Positions 63,926 to 64,000 of a stretch of DNA of 64,000 nucleotides are shown here, in pieces (position 1 is the stretch's first letter; every line of letters begins with the position of its first letter). The position numbers and the translations under genes were made by a program. A model generated the notes under the pieces. That model made no database searches and was not told the DNA's origin. It was given only the letters and a program-made list of their open reading frames with translations. Location: NCBI RefSeq assembly GCF_001194135.2, contig NC_069001.1:36700351-36764350 (forward strand). The letters run 5' to 3'. This stretch comes from Octopus bimaculoides. Its lineage: Eukaryota.

Positions 63926-64000
63926 TTGATGATGTATATAACGTGGGAAGCTGGTGAAATCATTAGCACATCAGACAAAATGCTCTGCGGCATTTCTTCT

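Overview
Eukaryotic, AT-rich, repeat- and microsatellite-dense genomic DNA with 11 N-gaps. The repeat families suggest a coleoid cephalopod, most likely Octopus (inference from memory, not a search). The only host gene I can support is the 3' half of a neuron navigator (NAV/unc-53/sickie) gene on the + strand. It has ten clearly homologous exons between 25577 and 57490, covering the coiled-coil region and the AAA+ domain. The first exon has no splice acceptor, one frame-required exon is missing (probably in a gap), and the canonical last exons lie outside the window. The rest is mobile DNA: a decayed L1/Tx1 LINE; CR1, RTE, Tc1 and mariner relics; a mini-Helitron; a DINE-1/HINE-like element; several MITEs; and dozens of copies of at least four SINE-like families (called A-D here). 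Best leads: hidden alternative-splicing elements in NAV (a 45-nt in-frame cassette exon with twin QKI-type motifs, an 11-nt microexon with a stop/start overlap, a candidate recursive splice site, a candidate alternative last exon); a sharp CpG-depletion boundary near 24.6-25.6 kb; and a CR1 LINE and SINE sharing a covarying 3' stem-loop. None is confirmed without RNA or comparative data, and I found no clear-cut novel system. SINE coordinates are approximate.
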